56,425 bases of DNA. It comes from a virus. Lineage: Duplodnaviria > Caudoviricetes. Location of the stretch: IMG/VR virus record IMGVR_UViG_3300032212_000010, positions 1 through 56,425 of that record. One strand, 5' to 3'. Every line of letters begins with the position of its first letter. Position 1 is the stretch's first letter. Both the position numbers and the translations under genes were made by a program. Below, piece after piece: positions 19,422 to 27,942 of the stretch. The notes under the pieces were generated by a model. The model searched no databases. It worked only from the letters and a program-made list of their open reading frames with translations, and was not told where the DNA came from.

Positions 19422-21008
19422 TTAAGGAGTTATCATTGAAAAACCTAAATCTAAATTCACGTCCGTATTATTATCCGAAAGGGCGTCGACCCGTGTGCCT
19501 TTGGGTGCATTTTCAAATTGCACTTTGATTGAGGATTCACTGCGTTGTTGTGAGGCATTGAGTTGGCTGCCGATCTGGTTGGCATTGAGGCTGGGGGTAA
19601 TACTGGCGTCCAATCCAAGCTGCTCTTTTACAAAGTCCGGTAAAATATCGGTCATAGATAAAAGTTTATCCTTGAGGGTTTTAATGCCGTTATCAAACAA
19701 CTGAGACACACCGTCCCAAAGGCCCTTAAAAAAACCTTTGATGTTTTGCACACGGCTAAAAAAGGTGTCGGTTATGCCATCCCATAATTTTATAAAAAAG
19801 GTTTTAATCGGCTCCCAGTTTTTAATAATTAAGAAAACCGCTGCGGCAATGGCTGCAATCGCCGCCAGTATCCAGCCCACGGGTGTCGCAAGAATAGCTA
19901 ACCCTAATGCCTTGATCACTAACACCGCTGACCACAATGCACTGACCAGTGAGCCGCCGATGATCACGGCCAGTGCGCCAAACGCTGCATTCATCAGCCC
20001 GACGTTTTGAATTAACCAGCGCCCAAAGGTAATGAGAGGTTTTATGGCATCGAGCATTTGTTTAAAGCCCTGCCATATTTTTTGTAAGCGTTGTGGCAAA
20101 TTTTGTGCAAAGCCTTTGGCCCATTGTTCTATTTGGGGGCGCATCTTGACAATGAGGCTGGTCAGGCGACCAATTAATACATTAAACACGGGCAGCACTT
20201 GACCCACCACCACATTGCGCACTCCGGCAAACGCTTCACTTAACTGAAACATTTGATCTTTATAATCCGCAGCGGATTTTATGCCTGCGTTATCAATTAA
20301 CCCTAAGCGACGTTTTTCTTCACGCTGATGGGCAATGGCGTTTGCACCGGCGTTCATAATATTGGTCAGCGGTAGACCTGCGCGTGAAAAGGCGGCTGAC
20401 GTTAATGCGGCTTTTTTGGATTCATCTGTAACTTTACCGACGGCATTAATATAAAGGTTAAAAGCGGCTTCAACCGAGTTGGCGCTTTTGAGTTGTTCTA
20501 ATAACGCAGGCGAGACTTTTTTAAGCAAGGTTGTCAGTCCACCGGTGCCGGCTTTGGCCTCCCCTAGTCGTTTACCAAATGCGGATAATGAGTTATTAAA
20601 TAAATCCTGTGAAACGCCATTGAGTTCAGCAACATGTTGCCATTCCTGTAATGCCTGACTACCAAATCCTAATCGCCGTGCGGTTTTATCAATTTTATCC
20701 CCGGCGGTGGCAAAGCTATTAATGAGCGCGATGCCTGCACCGCCGGCAACGCCGGTGATCAGTCCGAGTTTTTTAAGTACCCCGCCAATACTGCTGGCGA
20801 CATTTCCCGCGTGGGTACGGGCGCTTTTTAGAGAACGAATAAATTTATCAAGGCCGGCGGCTTTGTTGAGGTTTCTGAGAGAGCGGTTAACAATGCGGAT
20901 GGGGCGGGAAAGTTTTTGGATGCTGCGATTGATCTTTTGCATGGGCGCAGTGATCCTGTCAATTGCGGAGACCACAACTGATAGGACGGGGCGTTTTGCC
21001 ATAGACAT
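19422..21008 (-). CDS. Tape measure protein
   Basis: Helical Ala/Gly-rich; AIDRITAP start; ATPVGWILAAIAAIAAAVFLIIKNWEPIK segment; position before N-like gene. Confidence 0.85.
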   Translation of the reverse strand: MSMAKRPVLSVVVSAIDRITAPMQKINRSIQKLSRPIRIVNRSLRNLNKAAGLDKFIRSLKSARTHAGNVASSIGGVLKKLGLITGVAGGAGIALINSFATAGDKIDKTARRLGFGSQALQEWQHVAELNGVSQDLFNNSLSAFGKRLGEAKAGTGGLTTLLKKVSPALLEQLKSANSVEAAFNLYINAVGKVTDESKKAALTSAAFSRAGLPLTNIMNAGANAIAHQREEKRRLGLIDNAGIKSAADYKDQMFQLSEAFAGVRNVVVGQVLPVFNVLIGRLTSLIVKMRPQIEQWAKGFAQNLPQRLQKIWQGFKQMLDAIKPLITFGRWLIQNVGLMNAAFGALAVIIGGSLVSALWSAVLVIKALGLAILATPVGWILAAIAAIAAAVFLIIKNWEPIKTFFIKLWDGITDTFFSRVQNIKGFFKGLWDGVSQLFDNGIKTLKDKLLSMTDILPDFVKEQLGLDASITPSLNANQIGSQLNASQQRSESSIKVQFENAPKGTRVDALSDNNTDVNLDLGFSMITP

Positions 21009-21066
21009 TACCTTTGCTTTATTTATGGTTTTATTTGGGCTTAATGATTGTGTTTAGATATTTCGC

Positions 21067-21095
21067 TTAACCGTTCCCTCCAGAATTGATATAAT
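21067..21095 (+). promoter_or_regulatory. Putative moron promoter, opposite to the late operon
   Basis: TTAACC-17-TATAAT with TG extended -10, followed by inverted repeat TTCGGTT/AACCGAA. Confidence 0.45.
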
Positions 21096-21114
21096 TCGGT
21101 TGTTTGAGAAATAA

Positions 21115-21321
21115 CCGAATGGCAGCGGTACCGGGAAAATAATAACAAAGGAACACAAACAAGGTGAATTGTTTGACGATAGTAATATCGACTATTCCGA
21201 AGCGGATGCGTTGACTAACGAGCAAATCGAGAAAGCAGCAAAATCTGATCCTGATGCTCAACCACTAACCACCGAAGCCATCAAAGACTTAAAACGGGAA
21301 GGCAATAGCAAGCACAATTAA
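21115..21321 (+). pseudogene. Antitoxin N-terminal fragment (BrnA/HTH-antitoxin-like); possible TTG start 21169
   Basis: DYSEADALTNEQIEKAAKSDPDAQPLTTEAIKDLKR resembles the D(W/Y)..V.A.T.E.I..AA..DPDA.PLT segment of such antitoxins; no C-terminal DNA-binding domain; not in the ORF track. Confidence 0.45.
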
Positions 21322-21380
21322 AACAAAAAGCTTAGTCTCTCAACAGCTACCTAAATAATTCTGAATAAATTGCATATTGA

Positions 21381-22031
21381 TTAAAAAAAGAGTGTTTTAT
21401 AACTTATATTATTTCTTAGTTCAGCCCATGGCTGTGAACTTCCATCTTCAAAGTGGCCTTGAACAATACCTGAAAGCATATCTGAAAACTGAACATTTCT
21501 ACTTGTCGCGCTATCACAGGGTATCGTTTCAAGAATAGTTTTTACATTTAATTCAAGCCATAACTTTGTTTGTAAATAATCATGCAGACTATTCCCGCTT
21601 TCTACTTTTATACTCCTTGGATCGGGTATAAAAGAAACATTGGGATGTTTTCTCATTTCGTCTAAAAGAGAAAGGCCAATCATATAATTATAAAGTTTAT
21701 TAGCATCATTTCTAATATGACCCTGCACATTTTCTTTCTTAACGGTAATAGAAATGTACCGTATATCATTTGGATTCTTTAGACGAAGCTCATTAGCTTT
21801 TTTAGCAAACCAGACCCTCTCATTAAAAGTCATATCAGACCATTTTTTTTCAATATTCGTAGGCCATTTGAACTTGGTATAGAGCTTTTTTATGAGACGC
21901 TTAGGAAGGTGTTTTTTATTTTGCGAAGCTACTAAACTGGCAATTGTTAGATGTCTGCTAGACCCTCCCCTACGGTAAGGAGCATCAAATTTCCAGCCTA
22001 GATCACCACTTTCGTCTAGATATATTATCAT
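21381..22031 (-). CDS. DUF3800 family protein (predicted RNase H-like fold)
   Basis: N-terminal IYLDESGD, central FIPD, C-terminal VQFSD (QxxD); AT-rich insertion in the tail operon. Confidence 0.85.
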   Translation of the reverse strand: MIIYLDESGDLGWKFDAPYRRGGSSRHLTIASLVASQNKKHLPKRLIKKLYTKFKWPTNIEKKWSDMTFNERVWFAKKANELRLKNPNDIRYISITVKKENVQGHIRNDANKLYNYMIGLSLLDEMRKHPNVSFIPDPRSIKVESGNSLHDYLQTKLWLELNVKTILETIPCDSATSRNVQFSDMLSGIVQGHFEDGSSQPWAELRNNISYKTLFF

Positions 22032-22054
22032 ATATGCTATTATTTTTTTCAGGC

Positions 22055-22145
22055 AAAAAAAAACGTGACCCCTAGATCCGACGCCTTTACAAGACGCTTA
22101 CGATACACACATTGCGTCGCGGACAACCCAGGATTTACTCACGCG
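22055..22145 (-). ncRNA. Structured ncRNA upstream of the DUF3800 gene
   Basis: GC-rich nested stems CGUGA/UCACG, CCUGGG/UCUAGG, UCCG/CGGA, GACGC/GCGUC, then U9; TGcTATAAT promoter at 22151-22159. Confidence 0.72.
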
Positions 22146-22192
22146 GAGATATTATAGCAGACCTACTTCAGCATTACCATAAGCACAACAAA

Positions 22193-22345
22193 TTAGGTAT
22201 ATTTAGTGATCTCCTTCAACCGTTCTATCCAAAATTCAACATCCTCTATATCCATATCCCAGCAATGCGGGGGCTGAATATGCAAGTGATAAGCAAACAA
22301 CCCCATCGCCTGCCGCCAGTCTACTGGCCAGCATCGATAAAATTT
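22193..22345 (-). CDS. Tail chaperone -1 frameshift extension (G-T / P2 GpE'-like)
   Basis: Slippery A AAT TTT (22339-22345); -1 frame reads YRCWPVDWRQAMGLFAYHLHIQPPHCWDMDIEDVEFWIERLKEITKYT*. Confidence 0.72.
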   Translation of the reverse strand, partial: KFYRCWPVDWRQAMGLFAYHLHIQPPHCWDMDIEDVEFWIERLKEITKYT

Positions 22346-22578
22346 CCAACAACGGTTAACACCTCGGTCATATCGTTCATAGACATCTCATCAATGACCG
22401 AGGGAGGTTGGCCTGCTAGTTTTGCGGCTAAATCCAACAGGTCACCCGTATTAGGTTCCAAGGGCATACTGCGTAAATGTTTCGCTTTGGGTGGTTTAAT
22501 TTCCAGTACAGAAATGGTTTCGGTGCCGTGCTCAACCGGTTCACTTAAAGTAATTGTCTTAACTTTGTCTTTTACCAT
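22321..22578 (-). CDS. Tail assembly chaperone (FluMu gp41-like)
   Basis: ITLSEPV...LEIKPPKAKHL...LAGQPPSVIDEMSMND; lies after the tube gene. Confidence 0.8.
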   Translation of the reverse strand: MVKDKVKTITLSEPVEHGTETISVLEIKPPKAKHLRSMPLEPNTGDLLDLAAKLAGQPPSVIDEMSMNDMTEVLTVVGNFIDAGQ

Positions 22579-22931
22579 TATCGAATCTCCTCACCATTAG
22601 CGGCTTCAAATTTAACGGTTATGTTGGCCTCTTCACTGGAGACATTGCCGTCCCCGGCATACCAGGCATTTCTTAACAGGAATACTTTGCCATTGGCTAA
22701 CTCCAACGTGGCCGTTACACCATCAAGGGTGACCAGTTGTTTTAAATCCAGCTCCGGGTGATCGGTAATTTCCCCTTCAATAAACGCCGCTTGCTCGGTT
22801 TCTTTAAAGCCTTCAGAGCCGGGTATAAATTCCCGTGTGGGGATACCCAGATTATAAGTAAACCCACCTTTTACCTGATACATTTCACCGTCGATTTTCA
22901 GGAACAGGATTCCCGCGAGACGATTGGACAT
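22578..22931 (-). CDS. Tail tube protein (Mu gpM-like)
   Basis: RLAG..FLKIDG...GFKE....AFIEGEI...TATLELANGKVFLLRNAW. Confidence 0.85.
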   Translation of the reverse strand: MSNRLAGILFLKIDGEMYQVKGGFTYNLGIPTREFIPGSEGFKETEQAAFIEGEITDHPELDLKQLVTLDGVTATLELANGKVFLLRNAWYAGDGNVSSEEANITVKFEAANGEEIR

Positions 22932-22974
22932 AGCTCACCTCTTTTTTAAATTAAAAAGTTTAAATGAAAAAGAC

Positions 22975-24474
22975 TTACAGTCTAAAGTCGATACGAACCG
23001 CGAGAATACGCAGCTGGTTAACCAGATTCGGTGGCAAAATAACATCCAACCGATTCGGATCATCTGTGTTTATTTCAACAATTAAATCCCGTTTAAATTG
23101 ATCAAGATCTTCCACCAGACCTATGCGCTCCCAATCACCAAACAGGGCGATCAGTTCAGCGCGCATGATTTTAGGTGTAACAATGGCCTGCCCCGGCCCG
23201 AAACGGGTACCATCTTTGGCGAGTTTATGTCGTGCATATTTTTGCGCAATACGTGCGCGCATCGTAAAGCGCAAATACGACAAAGTCAGTAGCGTATTCA
23301 CATCGAGGTAGCTCGGATCGGGGGAACCGAAGGCATTGGTTTTATAGGTGGTTATCGCGCGTTCAAGTCTCACCGCATTACCCGCATCGGTGACACTGGT
23401 GGCAATGCCATCAAACAGTAAAAGGTTGCGCTCCCCAAAGGTTAAACGATCGGTTTCGGCTGGTGGCATATCGCCTTTTAGTACCAGCGTTTGAAAAGGT
23501 CGCGCTGGATCGTTTTGTGCAGCACGTGAAATAGTACCTGCAATCATCGCGGCTCGCACATAAGGGGCTTTGGGATAAGCGTGGGATTCAAACAAACAAA
23601 CGTGGGGGGAGTTGCGACTATCGCCTATGGTTGATAGTTCGGAGAAGTTACCCGCTACCGCACTAATGGCCACTCCATCAATGGCCCGAATCGGTTCAAA
23701 GCGTGAGGCCAGTTCCTGTTCGATGACGGATAGATTTTCTGCATCGGTAAAGGGGTTAATAATCAGGTTGTACCAGGTGTCGCCGATCGCACTAAACACG
23801 TCCGCAAGATCCGGGTTACCCGCACCCCCGCTCAGTGGAACAATATCCAGATCTAAACCGGCTGGGACTTGTTCACCGCTATGGTAGTTCACGCGCACAT
23901 CTATGCCGTTTGCAGCCTCCCCACTGTGCACCGAGGTTAATTCAACCGTGCTACCTGCACTCAATGCGCGCACCGGCACATCACTTCGGTTAATCGCATC
24001 CGTCATCGCCGTGGCGACTTGTGTGGATGTCATGGCAACGCTCACCACAACGCGTAATCGGGTCCCGCCAATATAGAGAATAATTATTCCGGCCTGTGTA
24101 GCGTCGCCTGATATATTTATCTCGCCCGTTGCTGCAATGCCGCCGGGTATTTCAACTTCATCGTCACCACTATTATCTTCAAACGCAATCACCACCAATT
24201 CACTCAGCGGGTCATTATCCCGAAAGGCTTTTACCATGGCGGTGATCATTGAATTGCGACCAAAAAACTCAGCGGCCTGATCGGCACTGCTCACTTGCAC
24301 TGGGGTTAAGGGTTCAACACTACCGGATTCAGGCCCCTGCCCTGCACTTTGACCTATGAGCAATATTTTATAGGGTTGCTTGACTAAACCCGTGACCGCA
24401 AAGCTATTATTAAATTCACCATAAAGTCCGGGCACTCGCAGGTTGTTGGGAATTAACTCAAAACTAATGGCCAT
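22975..24474 (-). CDS. Tail sheath protein (Mu gpL-like)
   Basis: ISFELIPNNLRVPGLYGEFNNS...DPARPFQTL...ERNLLLFDGIAT...PPNLVNQLRILA. Confidence 0.93.
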   Translation of the reverse strand: MAISFELIPNNLRVPGLYGEFNNSFAVTGLVKQPYKILLIGQSAGQGPESGSVEPLTPVQVSSADQAAEFFGRNSMITAMVKAFRDNDPLSELVVIAFEDNSGDDEVEIPGGIAATGEINISGDATQAGIIILYIGGTRLRVVVSVAMTSTQVATAMTDAINRSDVPVRALSAGSTVELTSVHSGEAANGIDVRVNYHSGEQVPAGLDLDIVPLSGGAGNPDLADVFSAIGDTWYNLIINPFTDAENLSVIEQELASRFEPIRAIDGVAISAVAGNFSELSTIGDSRNSPHVCLFESHAYPKAPYVRAAMIAGTISRAAQNDPARPFQTLVLKGDMPPAETDRLTFGERNLLLFDGIATSVTDAGNAVRLERAITTYKTNAFGSPDPSYLDVNTLLTLSYLRFTMRARIAQKYARHKLAKDGTRFGPGQAIVTPKIMRAELIALFGDWERIGLVEDLDQFKRDLIVEINTDDPNRLDVILPPNLVNQLRILAVRIDFRL

Positions 24475-24696
24475 TTATTTTCCTCCGGTATTGGGTTTAT
24501 TATTGGTTTTTTCAGCCACCCCTTTTCCAACATTGGGAGGCTGTTCAAACGATTGTGTTTGGGTTGTCAGTATCACACTGCCGTCTTTTAAACGTCGACG
24601 AAGAAATAAGCTATCCGGTACATTCAATGGTTTTTCAGTCACAACTTGACCATCGGGAAACGGGCAACGTTTCCCATGTGGGGTTTTAACAAACAT
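24475..24696 (-). CDS. DUF2635 / Mu gp38-like small protein
   Basis: MFVK...G..CP.P...VP.S.F..RRLKDGSV directly before the sheath gene. Confidence 0.7.
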   Translation of the reverse strand: MFVKTPHGKRCPFPDGQVVTEKPLNVPDSLFLRRRLKDGSVILTTQTQSFEQPPNVGKGVAEKTNNKPNTGGK

Positions 24697-24758
24697 GGGG
24701 TTCTCCAGAAATATTAATGGAAACAGAATATGGAAAAAGCAATTAAAAGAACGAAGTA

Positions 24759-25280
24759 CTAATCAGTTTTAAATTGAATGTGGGTTTTTATTTCAACGCT
24801 TTGATCGTTATTTAAATCCAGATCAAACTCCGCACTATCAAAGTCGTTCGGTTCGATATAGATATTGGTAAAGGTGAAATACTGCACATCGAAAGTAAGC
24901 CGTGCCACACAAAACGGTTTTGCGCCTTCATTAAAAAACTCGATGTCCGTATTGGAGAGCAATACATCGTTGACCAGCTCACCAAAACTATCATCCTGGT
25001 GAATCAGATCTTCGACTTGACCGGCAAACTGATCGGCAACATCATCACAGTCATAAAGGCCATCGACTTTTATTTCCACCAGCAGCTCTAGATTACGATC
25101 TAACTCACGCGGTGCCTCAGCGAACTTCTCTGTCGACTCCGTTCGGGTATAAATTAAAATAGCCGGGAGGTTTTCATTATTTAACGCCCGCAGTCGTGAA
25201 CTGAATACCTGTACGTTTTGAATATTATCGCGTAGCAATGTAGTGACATGTTCACGAATTTCTAGTCGTTGATGACTCAT
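24759..25280 (-). CDS. Tail terminator / completion protein
   Basis: MSHQR..IR......L...LPAILIY...E; position between head and tail genes. Confidence 0.6.
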   Translation of the reverse strand: MSHQRLEIREHVTTLLRDNIQNVQVFSSRLRALNNENLPAILIYTRTESTEKFAEAPRELDRNLELLVEIKVDGLYDCDDVADQFAGQVEDLIHQDDSFGELVNDVLLSNTDIEFFNEGAKPFCVARLTFDVQYFTFTNIYIEPNDFDSAEFDLDLNNDQSVEIKTHIQFKTD

Positions 25281-25572
25281 AACAATAAAATACCGTTAGT
25301 CCCGTTGAATCGGGTTGAATTTCACGTACCCGATACGCTTTGTTTTTAATAATCACTTCATCATCCATTTTCAAATCTAGGGTATCCTGCGTTTTGCAGG
25401 TGATTTGCGGAGATGAAGAGGCGATAATGGCATCATTACCGATGCTGACAAAGTCATCATCAAAGATGGCTTCAATGGTCCGCGGCGCTTGGTTGTTGGG
25501 GTGGATTTGTATTGGAATAGCAAAGTGCACAAAAAAATCATCATTGGCGAGGGCCAGATCATCATCGAACAT
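25252..25572 (-). CDS. Head-tail joining protein (FII-like)
   Basis: AIFD...P.ITC...D.V.I....YRVREIQPDSTG; position. Confidence 0.65.
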   Translation of the reverse strand: MFDDDLALANDDFFVHFAIPIQIHPNNQAPRTIEAIFDDDFVSIGNDAIIASSSPQITCKTQDTLDLKMDDEVIIKNKAYRVREIQPDSTGLTVFYCYESSTTRNS

Positions 25573-25604
25573 TTTTAACGTCCATTTATATTTTTTTCGA
25601 TCGC

Positions 25605-25629
25605 AAAAAAAGGCGCATGACGCGCCTTT
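25605..25629 (-). terminator. Rho-independent terminator after the membrane-protein moron
   Basis: AAAGGCGC/GCGCCTTT stem with U-tract on the minus strand. Confidence 0.6.
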
Positions 25630-25661
25630 ATATTTTTACTACATAATTCTTTTAAATCTAT

Positions 25662-26282
25662 TTAATCTCTTTTTTCTTTTTCAAGTTTTTTTACAAAGCT
25701 CATGGCATCGTGGTACTTAGACAACACATACCACTGAATAAAACTAATCATAAACACAAGGAAGCCATTCCAAATAAGCACCTGACCAATCCAATTATCA
25801 CCTTTCGCCATATTACTAAAGCCTGCAAACATTAATGCAACACCGGCAAGAGCGGTTATTAAAAAGATGATAACAGCTCTAATATATACGACTGTACGAC
25901 TTTTATAAAAATCATGAATTGATACGACCCCATCACAATCAATACTTAAAAAATCAAAATAGCCAAAAAATTTTCTGACATTTTTAATATCATAAGATTT
26001 TATCAATGCATAGTATTTATCAAACGCCAACTCCTTACCCCAAAGGCTAGAAACGGACATTTCAATTAAATGTTTTTCTTTTAGGTTGGCATTATCAAAA
26101 TCAATCTCTTTTAACAGTGAAACAAAATTATAAACACCTTGTTTCTTATGTTTTTTATTCTCAATAAACAGCTGATAAGGCTTGTGCAAATAGCTGAATG
26201 TTGCTAACAGTATTACAACAACCAGAATCTCTATTGCGTAACCTTTCTCAAGTAACTCAAAAAATGTCCCTGCTTTAATCAT
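25662..26282 (-). CDS. Moron: hypothetical membrane protein (about 3 TM)
   Basis: AT-rich; one N-terminal and two C-terminal hydrophobic segments; between capsid and FII-like genes. Confidence 0.7.
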   Translation of the reverse strand: MIKAGTFFELLEKGYAIEILVVVILLATFSYLHKPYQLFIENKKHKKQGVYNFVSLLKEIDFDNANLKEKHLIEMSVSSLWGKELAFDKYYALIKSYDIKNVRKFFGYFDFLSIDCDGVVSIHDFYKSRTVVYIRAVIIFLITALAGVALMFAGFSNMAKGDNWIGQVLIWNGFLVFMISFIQWYVLSKYHDAMSFVKKLEKEKRD

Positions 26283-26398
26283 ATTGATATCCTCAGTATT
26301 ATATTGAGGATAAGCATATCATTAGATAATACATAAGTTCAGCTTAATGCGGGTCATTAATGACCCTCCTTAAGCCCTTTTTTTACACTGTATATATG

Positions 26399-27406
26399 TT
26401 ATGTAGTGAGCACTTTAACCAACACCGCCGGACGATAACAAATCGGCAACGGGTTGGACTGGGTATGTATATCAATTCCTCGATTGTATTTACGCGCGTC
26501 CTGCTTGGCATAAATCGGTTGACCGAGGGTGTTCGTCGTTTCTAAAAAGTCTGCGGGGGCACCCAGCGTTTCAAAACTGTTCAATGTCCCCGTGGGAAAG
26601 GCATGACCTTCATTCTCTGCAATGAAGCGGCGCGTTGTGCCGTCTAAATCCACCGCTTTCCCCCGGTACTCTTCAAAAGACACACCGGCAAAGGTAAAGC
26701 CGTTTCGCATATCGGTTCTGAACAGCTCACCGTCACGCCAACGCTCATAAGCTTCACGCACTTTAGGGTGATCGACCAGTGCATCGAAAAACTCTTCACT
26801 CACCAGGACATGTATACCGGTCATCACCTCGCCCAGCAGGTTATCTTCCATGTAGCGCTTTAAATCAATGCATTTTTGTTTTACATCGGTGTCCACATCA
26901 CCGAGTTCAAAATCCAGCTCGAAGGCGGTGATACTAAATTCATCAAACAGGTTATAAAGTACCGATCCATCTGAATCGAGTATCTCGCCCTTTAAGGCAC
27001 CCATGCGTAAATGCTCTAAAGTAATGGCGTGGTTATTACGCATGTCCTGCAGCTTGTCATTCATTAGTTGCGACAAGGCCACCATGTCACTCTCACTACC
27101 GAAGGCGCGAAGTCCGGCGTATTCTTCCGGTAAGATATTCGCATCATGGGGAATGTGTGGCACCACAAACGATCTTACATTGCGTTTGGTTGTTTTGTGA
27201 ATCGTACCCGCTGACCCCACCGGTTTAGTGGGCAATAAGGTTAAGATACCGTTGCGCATTTCAACGATACAGGAGCGGGTGCGCAGGCCTTTAAAGGGCA
27301 TGAGGTTCATTTCACGCAAGCGGCCATAACTGTTGGGCAATAAGTTAATGGATTTGGTCAGTTGCGTCATTTCAAACGCGGGATTGTTAAACGGATTTTG
27401 TAACAT
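26399..27406 (-). CDS. Major capsid protein, lambda gpE family
   Basis: NPFNNPAF....LT..IN.LP...PHIPHD...TLEHLRMGALKG...QSNPLPICYRPAVLVK. Confidence 0.9.
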   Translation of the reverse strand: MLQNPFNNPAFEMTQLTKSINLLPNSYGRLREMNLMPFKGLRTRSCIVEMRNGILTLLPTKPVGSAGTIHKTTKRNVRSFVVPHIPHDANILPEEYAGLRAFGSESDMVALSQLMNDKLQDMRNNHAITLEHLRMGALKGEILDSDGSVLYNLFDEFSITAFELDFELGDVDTDVKQKCIDLKRYMEDNLLGEVMTGIHVLVSEEFFDALVDHPKVREAYERWRDGELFRTDMRNGFTFAGVSFEEYRGKAVDLDGTTRRFIAENEGHAFPTGTLNSFETLGAPADFLETTNTLGQPIYAKQDARKYNRGIDIHTQSNPLPICYRPAVLVKVLTT

Positions 27407-27465
27407 GAAAAATCACCTATAGATGTTTTAAATAAATTTTAAAGACGCAAGACTGAACTCAAGCA

Positions 27466-27846
27466 CTAACGTCGAATTAAAATACCCAATGCCTGTAGTT
27501 GCTCGATGGCCGTGACCCGTGCTTCTGGCGTCATGTCCACGGGCCAAACCAGTCCGTCGCGTTTAACAATGCAGTGACGGGAGAGTACGACGGTTTCAAC
27601 TGGCTCATCTGTTGCGTCAATATCGCGTATAGCAATTGCGGCGGCCACATCACGGCCTGCGCCTTCACCCTCTGCAAGATTAAGTGCGACATAGTCCCCA
27701 CTGTCATCATCTTGGGCTAACACTTGACCCATACTAATGATCTCCTCCTGGGCAATGGTGATTTCATCACGGCTGTAGTAATAGTTTTCCTCTTCGTACA
27801 AAAGCACTTCACCTAAATTTTTAGGTTCGTTTAATACTTCGGGCAT
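27466..27846 (-). CDS. Head decoration protein, lambda gpD family
   Basis: E....GE.L.YE....YSRDEIT...GQVL...AIEQLQALGILIR; between protease and capsid genes. Confidence 0.85.
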   Translation of the reverse strand: MPEVLNEPKNLGEVLLYEEENYYYSRDEITIAQEEIISMGQVLAQDDDSGDYVALNLAEGEGAGRDVAAAIAIRDIDATDEPVETVVLSRHCIVKRDGLVWPVDMTPEARVTAIEQLQALGILIRR

Positions 27847-27878
27847 CGGGTTTTCTCCCAGTCATTTTTTTAAGGCAT

Positions 27879-27898
27879 AAAAAAACCGCAATGCGGTT
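27879..27898 (-). terminator. Terminator-like hairpin after the protease gene
   Basis: AACCGCA/TGCGGTT plus U-tract on the minus strand. Confidence 0.45.
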
Positions 27899-27942
27899 CA
27901 GAATACAGTTACGAATTAGATAAGCTTTAAATCATTGAAAAA

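Noticed and set aside
21067-21261. 64-aa minus-strand ORF
   Set aside because: Opposite-strand frame has a promoter and a recognisable motif; this one has neither
22112-22600. 162-aa plus-strand ORF
   Set aside because: Antisense to the chaperone, its frameshift extension and the ncRNA promoter
14244-24696. Transposable Mu-like phage or stand-alone tailocin
   Set aside because: No MuA/MuB; tyrosine integrase, att repeats and a full head module are present
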